Shown one piece after another: positions 29,779-39,533 of a stretch of DNA of 64,000 nt (positions are counted from its first letter, which is position 1; every line of letters starts with the position of its first letter). The translations under genes and the position numbers were made by a program. The notes beneath the pieces are model-generated. The model ran no database searches and was not told where the DNA came from. It saw only the letters and a program-made list of their open reading frames with translations. This stretch comes from Nitrospirota bacterium (lineage in GTDB: Bacteria > Nitrospirota > Thermodesulfovibrionia > Thermodesulfovibrionales > SM23-35): NCBI GenBank assembly GCA_040756135.1, contig JBFLZS010000006.1, forward strand, positions 16,173-80,172. The letters run 5' to 3'.

Positions 29779-30792
29779 CTAAGATTTCACTGCAATAACG
29801 CCGATTCCACCTTCTGTGGCTGCATATTTCATAATGTCCAATTGTAAAACACTAACCCATTGACGGACTTCATCTTTTGTGTATTTTTTTGCTATTTTCG
29901 GGTAATACCAATCAAAATTCACCAGGTGGTTGTCTTCAAAATCACATCCGTCATTCCAGAAAAGTTTCAGCAAATAATAATATATAAATCTTTGAATATC
30001 ATATTCTCCTGCCTTGATTCCGAGAAAGGGGATATCACGGCGCACTGTAATTTTTACATTTAACTTCGCCAAATCCATACCGAGTTCGGTCAATGGCTTC
30101 AGGAGTTGCCATGCCTTTCCTTCGGGCATATCTGAAACTATTTGTCTGATATATTCATCGGCCATATCCCTGATCGGTGCAGGCTTTCTGTAAACATCAA
30201 AAAAGATAATACCTCCTGACTTGAGTTTTGCAATTAGGTTTTGAAGGGCAGTAAAAGCATCTCCAGTATGCTGCAAAGTAGCATGACAGATAATCACGTC
30301 AAAACTTTCATCCTTAAACGGAAGATTAAATATATTCGCCTTAAACAATCGCAAAGTATATTTATTGCCCAGATTGGTTTTAGCAGCATAAATCGCATCG
30401 GAGAGGTCAGTAGCATAAATCATTTCAGGATATTGTCCAAAGATGTGCTCAACCCTTCCGCTTCCAATGGCAGGGTCTAAAACAGTCTTTCCTGATAACA
30501 TGGTGCCCAATTCATCTTCTGAAATTTTGTATCGTGAAAAAAACAGCTCTTTTGAATATGATAACGATCCTTCCTTATGCCCGAACGGCGATTTGTTCCA
30601 TTGGTAGCCGAAACCGCCAACTGTCTGCTTTATATCCATAGATGAATTTCCGGTTGCCAAAACAGTAAAATCAGGGATCCCCCGCTGGATGAGATAGTCA
30701 ATACCGCATCCAGGACACATAAGATAGCCTCTTTCGGGATATTCCTCCGACAGGGTATGTTTGCATGATGGACATATTAAAATGTTTTTCAT
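29779..30792 (-). CDS. Trm112-like Zn finger plus SAM methyltransferase
   Basis: CPSC..CPGC..GIP; FGYQW; VLDPAIGSGR; LPFKDESFD; FDWY. Confidence 0.87.
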   Translation of the reverse strand: MKNILICPSCKHTLSEEYPERGYLMCPGCGIDYLIQRGIPDFTVLATGNSSMDIKQTVGGFGYQWNKSPFGHKEGSLSYSKELFFSRYKISEDELGTMLSGKTVLDPAIGSGRVEHIFGQYPEMIYATDLSDAIYAAKTNLGNKYTLRLFKANIFNLPFKDESFDVIICHATLQHTGDAFTALQNLIAKLKSGGIIFFDVYRKPAPIRDMADEYIRQIVSDMPEGKAWQLLKPLTELGMDLAKLNVKITVRRDIPFLGIKAGEYDIQRFIYYYLLKLFWNDGCDFEDNHLVNFDWYYPKIAKKYTKDEVRQWVSVLQLDIMKYAATEGGIGVIAVKS

Positions 30793-30794
30793 TT

Positions 30795-31784
30795 TTACAT
30801 TCCGGTATGTGGTCCCCAGGGAAACACTATCTTATGGGCACACATCATGGTACAAAGCTGGCAAGATTTATTCACGACCAGTTCTATGGCCTGTAGTGCC
30901 TTATCCGTTGAAAGAAGACCATCGAGGTCACCATCGCAATCTTTAAGGCTACCCATGAATAATTCCGCTTTCAGGTCGCTGCATGGATAAACATTGCCAT
31001 ATGGATCAATAACTATTGCCCTGCGCCCCATATAGCAGTCAAAAAATGGAACTTCATTTTTATAAACACTCTTTGCCCACAACCACAGGCTTTTTCTCTT
31101 ACCATCAAGATAGCCTATCTTCTGCAATGTTTCTTCAATGTATTTCAGTTCATCTTCTGTAAAATTCTTTGAGTTGACTATTTTCCCTACATTATCAAAA
31201 TAATTTGTCTCCCTCGGAAACCCTATGTAATATCCGACTCCCATCTTTCCGGCAAAGTTTACAATCCATTCAATATCCCTGAAATTCTGCTTATAAGCAA
31301 CAAAGACAAATCTGACTATTATGCCTAAATCTTTCAACAGCGTGGCTGTCTTAACTGCCTTTTGCCAGCCATCTTTTTTCAATCTAACCTTTGAATAATT
31401 TTCAGGTTGTCCATCAAGGGATATATCTACTCTGAAGTTTTGAGGTTTTACATATCTCAGGCATCCCTTGACCACCTCCAGATGCTTCTCTGGATACCAG
31501 CCGCTTATATTTGTATGGATAAAGGCTTCGGGTTTGTACTCACATATTAAACGAACCACATCCACATAATTAGGAGACAATTGAGATTCACCAGCCGTAA
31601 GTTCAAAATGTCTTGCGCCTTTCAGCGCCTCACACTGTAGTATCCTTTCAAACAGGCCGATGTCTATCTCCGATGTTTTATCAATAGTTTTTCTCCAAAC
31701 ATTGCAATTAATACACTCACCGGGACAAAAGAGAGAAACCATATAATGAACATCTTCAATATGATAGATTTGATCATTATTCAT
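30795..31784 (-). CDS. Radical SAM/SPASM(twitch) protein
   Basis: CPGECINC (CxxxCxxC), ISLDG, C.MG....IDPYGNVYPC, C-terminal CQLC..MC. Confidence 0.9.
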   Translation of the reverse strand: MNNDQIYHIEDVHYMVSLFCPGECINCNVWRKTIDKTSEIDIGLFERILQCEALKGARHFELTAGESQLSPNYVDVVRLICEYKPEAFIHTNISGWYPEKHLEVVKGCLRYVKPQNFRVDISLDGQPENYSKVRLKKDGWQKAVKTATLLKDLGIIVRFVFVAYKQNFRDIEWIVNFAGKMGVGYYIGFPRETNYFDNVGKIVNSKNFTEDELKYIEETLQKIGYLDGKRKSLWLWAKSVYKNEVPFFDCYMGRRAIVIDPYGNVYPCSDLKAELFMGSLKDCDGDLDGLLSTDKALQAIELVVNKSCQLCTMMCAHKIVFPWGPHTGM

Positions 31785-32376
31785 TTTTAATTGTCTCCAT
31801 CCTATCATTCAGTACCCTGGCAGGATTACCAGCAACTATAGAAAATGGTTCAACATCTCTGGTAACAACAGAACCTGCCCCAACGACCGCCCCTTTTCCT
31901 ATTTGAATTCCGGGCAATATCACAGATAAGGCCCCAATCCATACATCGTCCTCAATCACTATCCTCTCAAAGTAACACTCCTGAAACCTCATAGGGATAG
32001 AGATATCATCAAATCTATGCCCTCCGGAGGTTATGACAACATTTGGTCCGATCATTACATATTTTCCAATAAAAACACCTCCGCTAAATAATATGCTTGA
32101 ATTATGATTTATAGAAGAATACTCACCAATAATACAGCATGGCGCAGGTTCGGAACCTCCCTGCAATCTGACACCGTCCCTTATTAGTACATTTTCGCCT
32201 ATCACTACATTACCGCCGCGCGTTTTAATACTTACATCTTTTGATATGAACGAACCTTTCCCGATGGATATAAAAGATCTTCCTCTGAAAAGCACATTAT
32301 TTTCTATATAAATGGGAAACCCTGCTTTTTTTAAAAAAAGTCCCTTAAGCATACCCCTTATTAATTTTATGTTCAT
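31777..32376 (-). CDS. Hexapeptide-repeat acyltransferase
   Basis: IEDDVWIG, IGKGAVVGAGSVVT, GNPAR. Confidence 0.92.
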   Translation of the reverse strand: MNIKLIRGMLKGLFLKKAGFPIYIENNVLFRGRSFISIGKGSFISKDVSIKTRGGNVVIGENVLIRDGVRLQGGSEPAPCCIIGEYSSINHNSSILFSGGVFIGKYVMIGPNVVITSGGHRFDDISIPMRFQECYFERIVIEDDVWIGALSVILPGIQIGKGAVVGAGSVVTRDVEPFSIVAGNPARVLNDRMETIKNE

Positions 32377-32378
32377 GC

Positions 32379-33596
32379 TTATTTTATTTTTATAATCTTT
32401 TCCCACGGTCTCATTATTCTTAAGTCCGAAATTGAGATGTTATTCATTTTTTTAACTTTTAATTCCATTTTGCCTGCAAATTCTCTGTTAAATGAGCATA
32501 GAATTATCAAGACTTTCGGGTGTATAACATCTCCAATATATTCGGAGTTATAAATTTTGATATTGTTGTATATTTCTTTTCCATATTTTGCGGATGAATC
32601 ATCAATGCAGAATAAAGTGTGGTTCAAAATATTATGGTTTATTAATCCAAAATCGGCCTTCAGTTTGCTGAAGACCCACATAAAGGCATTGCCTGTCCCA
32701 TAAAAAATTATTTTAAAATCATCCCGGATGACAAGTTTAATAAGAACCTCTACTATATTCTCGAGATTTCTACGATACATCCTTAATTTATCCACCAATA
32801 AATCACGAGAGGAGAGCACTTTCCCCCCTGATTCGACAAAAGCTGAATTTTCCAGAATCACCATCAAATGACCTTCAAGGCCATTTTTCAGAACATTAAT
32901 ATTCATGTCCGCTCTCCTGCCGGCTTCCTTTATTGCATCGGAGCTAAAATAATTAACATGATCCGGAGTAAAACATTCGATATTATCTGATAAGTCACGA
33001 ATAAGATTGGGGACTTCAATAAAGAGCAAGCCTCTGCTGGACAAGATCTTTTTAATGTCAAATAAAAACTGTAAGGGATATTTAACATGCTCAAGAACAT
33101 GTCTCATTATGATTAAACCGAATTTATTGCTGAAAAGAGCGGCATTAAAAGGACTTTTAACCGTCACAACACTCGCATAATCCAAGTCCGATGGTTCTAT
33201 CCCGATCACATTGAGATGTTTATGTCTTTGCCTTAATAAATAAAGCAGATCACCCCTATTACTTCCTATCTCCAGTACATTATTAATGTTCGAAAAATCC
33301 ATATTCTGTGAGAGAAAATCAATGGTTTCACCAAAACCGCTTTCATAAGGGAAAGGAGTTATATTTTTATCCATAATTTGATATCTTTTATATATCTTAT
33401 TAAATTTCTTGTCATAATCAGGCGAATTATAAGCCGAATCCTGAAATACAAATAAACAGTCACGGCAAAAACTGATTTTCAAATCCACTTTTATTGAATG
33501 CAATCCGGAAGACAAAAAAAAGCCAAAGGGCATGGCATTCCTTTCATAGACTTTTATCGTATCATTGCCGTTACATAAAGGACAGGTTGTGTTCAT
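32379..33596 (-). CDS. Zn-binding SAM methyltransferase (sugar C/O-methyltransferase-like)
   Basis: CPLC..CRDC, LEIGSNRG, GIEPS, RHVLEH, IEVP, YGTG. Confidence 0.87.
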   Translation of the reverse strand: MNTTCPLCNGNDTIKVYERNAMPFGFFLSSGLHSIKVDLKISFCRDCLFVFQDSAYNSPDYDKKFNKIYKRYQIMDKNITPFPYESGFGETIDFLSQNMDFSNINNVLEIGSNRGDLLYLLRQRHKHLNVIGIEPSDLDYASVVTVKSPFNAALFSNKFGLIIMRHVLEHVKYPLQFLFDIKKILSSRGLLFIEVPNLIRDLSDNIECFTPDHVNYFSSDAIKEAGRRADMNINVLKNGLEGHLMVILENSAFVESGGKVLSSRDLLVDKLRMYRRNLENIVEVLIKLVIRDDFKIIFYGTGNAFMWVFSKLKADFGLINHNILNHTLFCIDDSSAKYGKEIYNNIKIYNSEYIGDVIHPKVLIILCSFNREFAGKMELKVKKMNNISISDLRIMRPWEKIIKIK

Positions 33597-35578
33597 TTCA
33601 ATTCATCCGGCTTTTCGATCAAATTTTTATATAATTTTTCAAGTTCCTGAGCCGCCCTTTGACAATCAAGTTCTTTTTCAACAAGATCTCGATATTTTCT
33701 TCCAATTTCATCTCTGTAATCTTTATTTCTTATTAAACTGTCCGCTATCTCTATATATTCTTCGATAGAATTAGCATGAACCTCTTTAAGTCTAAATTTA
33801 TTCGCCTCCTCATGATCCGTTTCCATAGAAACCATTGGCTTGCCTTTCGCAAAAAATTCCATAGAGGCTGCTCCCATAGGGTTAGGAAATGAATCAAGGA
33901 CTATATCAATAACATGGCCATAAATATGCGAGTTTATCTGCCCTTCAAAATAAACCCTGTTAATACATCCAGCTTGCTCAAAATACCTCGCAATCGGCTC
34001 TTTATCTCCGTAGCCGCATATTAAAAAAACAGTCTCCGGATTCCTTCTCAATATTTCGGATACGGCAAAAAGATAATCCTCTCTATTTACTTTATGAAGC
34101 TGCCCTATAAAACCGAGCAATATCTTATCCCCTGGGAATTTGCCTCTAAGATCACCGATTTTTTTAGGTGAAACCGGTGGATTTAATATCTCCGGTGCCA
34201 TCAGATTGGGGAATTTAAAGTATTCAATTCCTGCGTATGGCTCTTCTGTCAAAACTTTTTTAGACGAGTGAACCATCCTGTAATCGAGATTATTCACACT
34301 CCAGTAAGGATCGATATGCGACCAATAGATCTGAACAGGAGCAACCCTTGAGGAGACCAAAAAATTGCCAATCTGTGTCCCTGTGGTGATGAATATATCT
34401 ATTTCATCCTTGATGATCCGTTTTCTTAATGCCATTGCCTTTTCAAAATGTGAATAATATACGTTATTGAAAACTCCAAGTTGTCTGGAACTCACACATT
34501 TAATTCCCATAGATTCAATAGCATTTATTGTTTTCTCATTGTCACCCATCTTTTCTATGTAATCATAGCTGTAAACGTAAAATTCAAAATCGGAATTTTT
34601 TCTGAGCATATGACCTTTTAATAATGACAACAAAACAAATACCGGAGACGACGGATATAACTGCTGGTAAGCATACCCGACCTTTATTTTCTGATCCTTT
34701 TCAGGTTTTTTAATGCAAGGTTGTATTTCATGCGTCCTGCAATATCGAACAAAAAAATCGCTCATGGGCTTTTCTATATCATTATCAAGCCGCTTCCACG
34801 CCTCCAGATCTGAGCGGAGGTTGCCATAATAAAAACGAATAAAAAAACCGATATATAGAACAAGCTCTATGTTGTTCATTTTTATTGCTTCATAAAAGAG
34901 AGTCTTTAAGGGATCATAGAATTCTGCATAACATATTGGAGCATTAAATTTGCTCCAGAGTCTGAGTAATACAATTAAATTTCTCTTCTGAACCGTAATG
35001 GGTTTGTTCATGAAACTATCAGAAGAGAGAATCCCAGATCTAATAAAAATATTCATTACATCGTCAGGCGTGATATCCAAAATATCTATCACCTCTAAAA
35101 ATTCTTTTGCGGCATTGCCAATATCCGCAAATCGTATTAAAAAATCTTCGAATCCTTTATTCTTGTTCTGATTAAAAATATCTATCAGAAAAATCAGGAA
35201 TAAAATTTTTGCTTTACTGAAATCGTCTGCCTTGCTATATCTGAATAATAATCTATTTTTAATCTCGATCATATCTCTATGAGGAGGCATCTCTACTTTT
35301 TGTGAATCAAAAAGCGTATATAACCTAAAAAATTTCATGTCAAAGTTCAGCCTGTTTATAAAAATAAAAAAAATCTTATCCCTTAATAAGGTCAATGTTT
35401 TTACAAATTCTTTTTTAAAGGAAGGATCTTGAAGATGGACGTTAATACTGTCAGTCGCAACAATAAACTCATTTACCAACTTAAGTAAAGACGCCTCATT
35501 ATTTATCTCGCAGAAAGATAATCGAATTTTTTTTAAAAAAATCCCTGGATTATTTTCAGAGATTGTTGCAGTGTTCAT
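33593..35578 (-). CDS. OGT/GT41-like protein glycosyltransferase (FlmG-like candidate flagellin transferase)
   Basis: RVAPVQIYW and DIVLDSFP..MG....E..AKGKPMVS resemble the GT41 catalytic lobes; helical N-terminus. Confidence 0.65.
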   Translation of the reverse strand: MNTATISENNPGIFLKKIRLSFCEINNEASLLKLVNEFIVATDSINVHLQDPSFKKEFVKTLTLLRDKIFFIFINRLNFDMKFFRLYTLFDSQKVEMPPHRDMIEIKNRLLFRYSKADDFSKAKILFLIFLIDIFNQNKNKGFEDFLIRFADIGNAAKEFLEVIDILDITPDDVMNIFIRSGILSSDSFMNKPITVQKRNLIVLLRLWSKFNAPICYAEFYDPLKTLFYEAIKMNNIELVLYIGFFIRFYYGNLRSDLEAWKRLDNDIEKPMSDFFVRYCRTHEIQPCIKKPEKDQKIKVGYAYQQLYPSSPVFVLLSLLKGHMLRKNSDFEFYVYSYDYIEKMGDNEKTINAIESMGIKCVSSRQLGVFNNVYYSHFEKAMALRKRIIKDEIDIFITTGTQIGNFLVSSRVAPVQIYWSHIDPYWSVNNLDYRMVHSSKKVLTEEPYAGIEYFKFPNLMAPEILNPPVSPKKIGDLRGKFPGDKILLGFIGQLHKVNREDYLFAVSEILRRNPETVFLICGYGDKEPIARYFEQAGCINRVYFEGQINSHIYGHVIDIVLDSFPNPMGAASMEFFAKGKPMVSMETDHEEANKFRLKEVHANSIEEYIEIADSLIRNKDYRDEIGRKYRDLVEKELDCQRAAQELEKLYKNLIEKPDELK

Positions 35579-35583
35579 TTTGA

Positions 35584-36735
35584 TCAGTACAGTAACCTCT
35601 TCTGAATTCCTATCTCAAAATCACTTAAAACCTCGGCAATCTTTTTTCCGGCCTGTCCATTACCATATAAATGATTAGATAAGTATTTTCCGTGTGCGAC
35701 CTGTTTTTTTATTGCATCTTTTATTTCTTCTCTTCTGTAGTCAACATCAATAACATTCTCTGCACGCTCCCTGTAGTTCTGCCTTGTTCCTATATTTACA
35801 ACAGGGACGCCAAGAAAGGCCGATTCCCTTATGCCGCTGCTGGAATTGCCGACTAAGACGGCACAGTTATTGAGGAGCTTTGCGTAATCCTCAAAAGCAA
35901 AATTTTTGAAAAAGTGTATATGCGGAGGATTATTTTTTTCTCTGAATACCCTTATCCCCCTGGATACCTCATCGGTCCCGGCATCCATATTTGGCCAGAG
36001 CCATATAGTATGCATATTTAAATCATTAACTGCGTGCAATGTTTCACGGACCTGAGAGCTTGCGTATTTATATTCGGTAGTAACGGGATGCTGGATTACA
36101 ATGATATAGTTATTTTTATTTACTTTAAACAAAGAACCAACGCCGGCATATTTTTCGAAGACATCAAAATCAAGGTCAAGATTTATATTTTTTATAAGGT
36201 CAATGGTAGGCGAACCTGTTATAAAGACAGTATCCGGAGACTCACCCATTTTGACAACTCGTTCCGCACTTTTTTCAGTGGCAACAAAATGCAGGTGTGA
36301 AAGCTTTGTAATCGCATGTCTGATAGATTCATCTATAGAACCGGAGAGTTCGCCGCCCTCAAGATGGGCAACAGGGATATTCATATAACTTGAGGCGATT
36401 GCAACAGCAAGCGCCTCAAATCTATCTGCTATGGCTATTACGATGTCTGGTCGCAGATTTTCGAAAACCGTTGACAGCTCAACAACTGCCAGTCCGGTAG
36501 ACTTAGCCATTGTTATAGGCTTTCCCCCTTCAACCAGAAAATGCACCATTTCATCTACCTTAAAACCATCCGATTCAATAATATTTATAGGGTTGCCAAA
36601 TTTGTGGAGTATCACGCCTCCGCCTACCACAAGTTGAAGATCAAGGTCAGGGCGTCTTTTTATCTCTGTCATAACAGATTTCATTTTTGCGTAATTTCCT
36701 CTTACTGTGAGCACTATGCATATCTTCTTTTTCAT
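35584..36735 (-). CDS. neuC: UDP-GlcNAc 2-epimerase, hydrolysing (NeuC family)
   Basis: ADRFE, HLEGGE, DESIRHAITKLSH, HPVT, GNSSSGIRE, NIGTRQ, YGNG. Confidence 0.93.
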   Translation of the reverse strand: MKKKICIVLTVRGNYAKMKSVMTEIKRRPDLDLQLVVGGGVILHKFGNPINIIESDGFKVDEMVHFLVEGGKPITMAKSTGLAVVELSTVFENLRPDIVIAIADRFEALAVAIASSYMNIPVAHLEGGELSGSIDESIRHAITKLSHLHFVATEKSAERVVKMGESPDTVFITGSPTIDLIKNINLDLDFDVFEKYAGVGSLFKVNKNNYIIVIQHPVTTEYKYASSQVRETLHAVNDLNMHTIWLWPNMDAGTDEVSRGIRVFREKNNPPHIHFFKNFAFEDYAKLLNNCAVLVGNSSSGIRESAFLGVPVVNIGTRQNYRERAENVIDVDYRREEIKDAIKKQVAHGKYLSNHLYGNGQAGKKIAEVLSDFEIGIQKRLLY

Positions 36736-36754
36736 ATCCGTCTCCAATAACAAT

Positions 36755-37918
36755 TTAAATCCATTTTGCCCTGCCCGTGATTATAATGTCATGATTTATA
36801 TCCCTTTTATTTCTCATAACAATCTCCAGCATTCCAGCAATAACATCCTCTGTAAGATATTTCGGCTGCAATCCAAGACTTAACAAATTCGTATTCTTTG
36901 CATTGTAATAATGATCCTCTGCCTCTTTTCTGGGATTAGGATAATTCTGTACGGTCACATCCAATCCAAGGTTTTCAGCAGCTATCTTAATTTTTTCAGC
37001 CAATTCAAAAACGCTAAAAATCTCTGTAAACTGATTCATTACCCGAAATTCATTTTTATCAGGTAGATTCTGTATTGCAAGTCTTATGCATTTGAGTGTA
37101 TCAATAATATTTATAAATCCCCTCTTCTGACCGCCTCTTCCGTAAATTGTAAGGGGAATTCCTATCACTGCCTGCGTAATGAACCGGTTTATCACCGTTC
37201 CCCAGAATTCATCATAGTAAAAATGGGGCATAAGACGCCCTTCGTTATCGAATTTACTCTCATCTGTTTCAATCCCGTAGACCGGGCCCTGATTTAATTC
37301 GGTAATCCTCAGGCCCCATAACCTTACTCCCAGATAAAGCATGTCACTATCCTGTACTTTGCTTAGATGATAAAACGACCCTGGCAGCTTTGGAAACGGG
37401 AGTCTATCCCTTCTATTATTCTTTTCTATATCTATAAAGCCTTCTTCAATGTCTATATTTGGAGTCCCGTATTCTCCCATGGTCCCAAGCTTTATAAGAT
37501 GTATCTCCGGATTTGTTCTTCTTATAATATCCATAATTGTCAATGTAGCCTTAAGGTTATTCTGTATCGTTTCCCATGATGCACGATAGTTAAACATTGA
37601 ATAAGGTGCAGATGCTATCTCTCCATAATGGATAATCGTATCAGGCTCAAATTTCCTTATTGTCCTGTAGAGAAAATCATGATCTCCTATGTCTCCAATA
37701 TAAGCCTGAATATCATGCTCAGTAAAAATCCTCCAGATTCTTGTCCTTTCTTCAAGATCAGGACAGCTTCTCAATGGCCTGATGCCCAATTTATTGGATA
37801 TACATCTTTTAAGGTAATTATCTACCACTGTTACCTGATACCCTGTATTAGAAAGATGCATAGCAGTGGGCCAGCCAAGGTAACCATCACCACCGAGTAT
37901 TAATATTTTCCCTTTCAT
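36755..37918 (-). CDS. sqdB: UDP-sulfoquinovose synthase (SqdB/SQD1 family)
   Basis: GGDGYLGWPTA, SAPYSM, HLIKLGTMGEYGTPNIDIEEG, PGSFYHLSK, LNQGPVYG, NQFTE, NPRKEAEDHYYN. Confidence 0.9.
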   Translation of the reverse strand: MKGKILILGGDGYLGWPTAMHLSNTGYQVTVVDNYLKRCISNKLGIRPLRSCPDLEERTRIWRIFTEHDIQAYIGDIGDHDFLYRTIRKFEPDTIIHYGEIASAPYSMFNYRASWETIQNNLKATLTIMDIIRRTNPEIHLIKLGTMGEYGTPNIDIEEGFIDIEKNNRRDRLPFPKLPGSFYHLSKVQDSDMLYLGVRLWGLRITELNQGPVYGIETDESKFDNEGRLMPHFYYDEFWGTVINRFITQAVIGIPLTIYGRGGQKRGFINIIDTLKCIRLAIQNLPDKNEFRVMNQFTEIFSVFELAEKIKIAAENLGLDVTVQNYPNPRKEAEDHYYNAKNTNLLSLGLQPKYLTEDVIAGMLEIVMRNKRDINHDIIITGRAKWI

Positions 37919-37921
37919 GAG

Positions 37922-38989
37922 TTAATGGATATCCTCAAGTAATCCATTTTTTGAAATATACGTTCTCAAATTTTCCTTACTCATAAAAACTTCTTCTGAA
38001 GAGATATATGGCTTATTGACGTCTTGAGAGATAATTCCATCATATATATATTCAATCTTGTATAAATCCCGGAAAGCGGGGAATATTACAAACATGTTTT
38101 CGAGTTCAGCAGCCCTGTTCATTTCTTCTGCAGACATAAGTTCCTCATAAAGTTTTTCTCCGGGTTTTTTACCTATCTCGACCACTTCTATATCATCAGG
38201 ACTATACCCATATACCGGCGCTAAAATCTCGATCATTATATCTGCAAGGTCAGAAATCCCGATTACAGGCATCTTTGCAACAAAAACCTCACCGCCCTTT
38301 GCTATCATAGACGACTCAATTACAAGCCCTGCAGCTTCATCAACAGTCATTACAAATCTTGTCATCCTGTTGTCTGTGACCGTAACAGGACCTCCGTTTT
38401 TAATCTGCTTTTTGAATACAGGAACCACCGATCCCCTTGACCCCAATACATTTCCGAATCTCGTGCTGGCAAATATTGTGTTTTTGTCATAGCGTATTGT
38501 GTTTGCTGCAGTGATTAATTTTTCAGCCATTAATTTAGACGCACCCATAACATTCGTAGGATTCACAGCCTTGTCACTGCTGGTAAATATTACCTTTCCT
38601 ATGTTGTTGACCAGTGCTGCCTCTATTACGTTCTGTGTTCCGTTTATATTTGTCTGGATAACATCAAATGGATTAAGTTCAGACAGAATTACATGCTTAA
38701 ATGCTGCTGTATGAAAGACAATATCTACACCCCTTGTAATTTTAAGCAACTTGTCCCTGTCCCTTACATCGCCGAGAAAAACTGCTATTCTGGAGTCTCC
38801 CCTATGCTCATCGGCAATATAAAAAAGTTCTGCTTCATTGTTGTCAAATAATCGTATCTCCTCTGCCTCAGTCAGCAGCAAATGTTTGAGTAATGTCTTC
38901 CCAATGGTTCCTGTACCGCCTGTAACAAGTATTTTTTTTGCCCGAAAATTCGATTTATTTTGCATTTTCACTAAGTCTCTCTCGATCAC
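37922..38989 (-). CDS. UDP-HexNAc 4,6-dehydratase/epimerase (Polysacc_synt_2, PseB/CapD-like)
   Basis: TGGTGTIG, GDVRD, HTAAFKHV, SSDKAVNP.NVMGASK, RFGNVLGSRGSV, GEKLYEEL; alternative ATG at 38965. Confidence 0.9.
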   Translation of the reverse strand: MIERDLVKMQNKSNFRAKKILVTGGTGTIGKTLLKHLLLTEAEEIRLFDNNEAELFYIADEHRGDSRIAVFLGDVRDRDKLLKITRGVDIVFHTAAFKHVILSELNPFDVIQTNINGTQNVIEAALVNNIGKVIFTSSDKAVNPTNVMGASKLMAEKLITAANTIRYDKNTIFASTRFGNVLGSRGSVVPVFKKQIKNGGPVTVTDNRMTRFVMTVDEAAGLVIESSMIAKGGEVFVAKMPVIGISDLADIMIEILAPVYGYSPDDIEVVEIGKKPGEKLYEELMSAEEMNRAAELENMFVIFPAFRDLYKIEYIYDGIISQDVNKPYISSEEVFMSKENLRTYISKNGLLEDIH

Positions 38990-39000
38990 TAAATTAAAGA

Positions 39001-39016
39001 AGCAATTACCATACCA
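39001..39016 (-). promoter_or_regulatory. Sigma54-like promoter of the glycosylation island
   Basis: TGGTATGGTAATTGCT (GG-N10-GC). Confidence 0.5.
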
Positions 39017-39178
39017 CCATCTATTGCATATAACCTATTGCAATATATAAGGTATTCTATTTACTTAACTCATTAGTTGCATAATTTTTTAATGTGGAAC
39101 GCCTGAATGCCTGACAATAGTGCATTTGAATTCTATATATTATTGTGCAGCTAAAGTTCACCAAAAGTTAACATTGCC

Positions 39179-39271
39179 GTCATTCTCCGGCTTGACCGGA
39201 GAATCCAGTTTCTTCCTCTGGATTGCCCGATCAAGCCTGCCCTCGACTGCGATCGGGGGTCGGGCAATGAC
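39179..39271. repeat. GTCATT-type double hairpin with a 24-bp insert
   Basis: Nearly identical to 44244-44312 except for the insert at 39236-39259 after TCAAG. Confidence 0.8.
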
Positions 39272-39383
39272 GATTGTCGGATAACAATATTTATGCAACG
39301 TTTAGGTTAATATTTGGCTTCCAAACAAATTGACGATTTGTAAAATTAACTGTCATAAAATTGACTTCTATATTCTCATTCAC

Positions 39384-39494
39384 TTTCACCTGAAAATACC
39401 TCAAATCCCCCCTAACCCCCCTTTTCTAAAGGGGGGAGGGGGGATTACAAATTTTTATCATCCTTTGAGTCTCTTTGAGACATGAATGTTTCAT
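39384..39494. mobile_element. CCCCT-type composite element
   Basis: AATCCCCCCTAACCCCCCTTTTCTAAAGGGGGG..GGGATT plus the GTCTCTTTGAGACATGAATGTTTCAT tail. Confidence 0.78.
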
Positions 39495-39533
39495 TTGAAA
39501 TGTCGCTGCAAGGGGTGAGACTGCATCGCCTGA

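Noticed and set aside
39500-39533. Degenerate GTAG-type REP (GCAAGGGGTGAGACTGCATCGCCTG)
   Set aside because: Single weak copy, and no RAYT in the window
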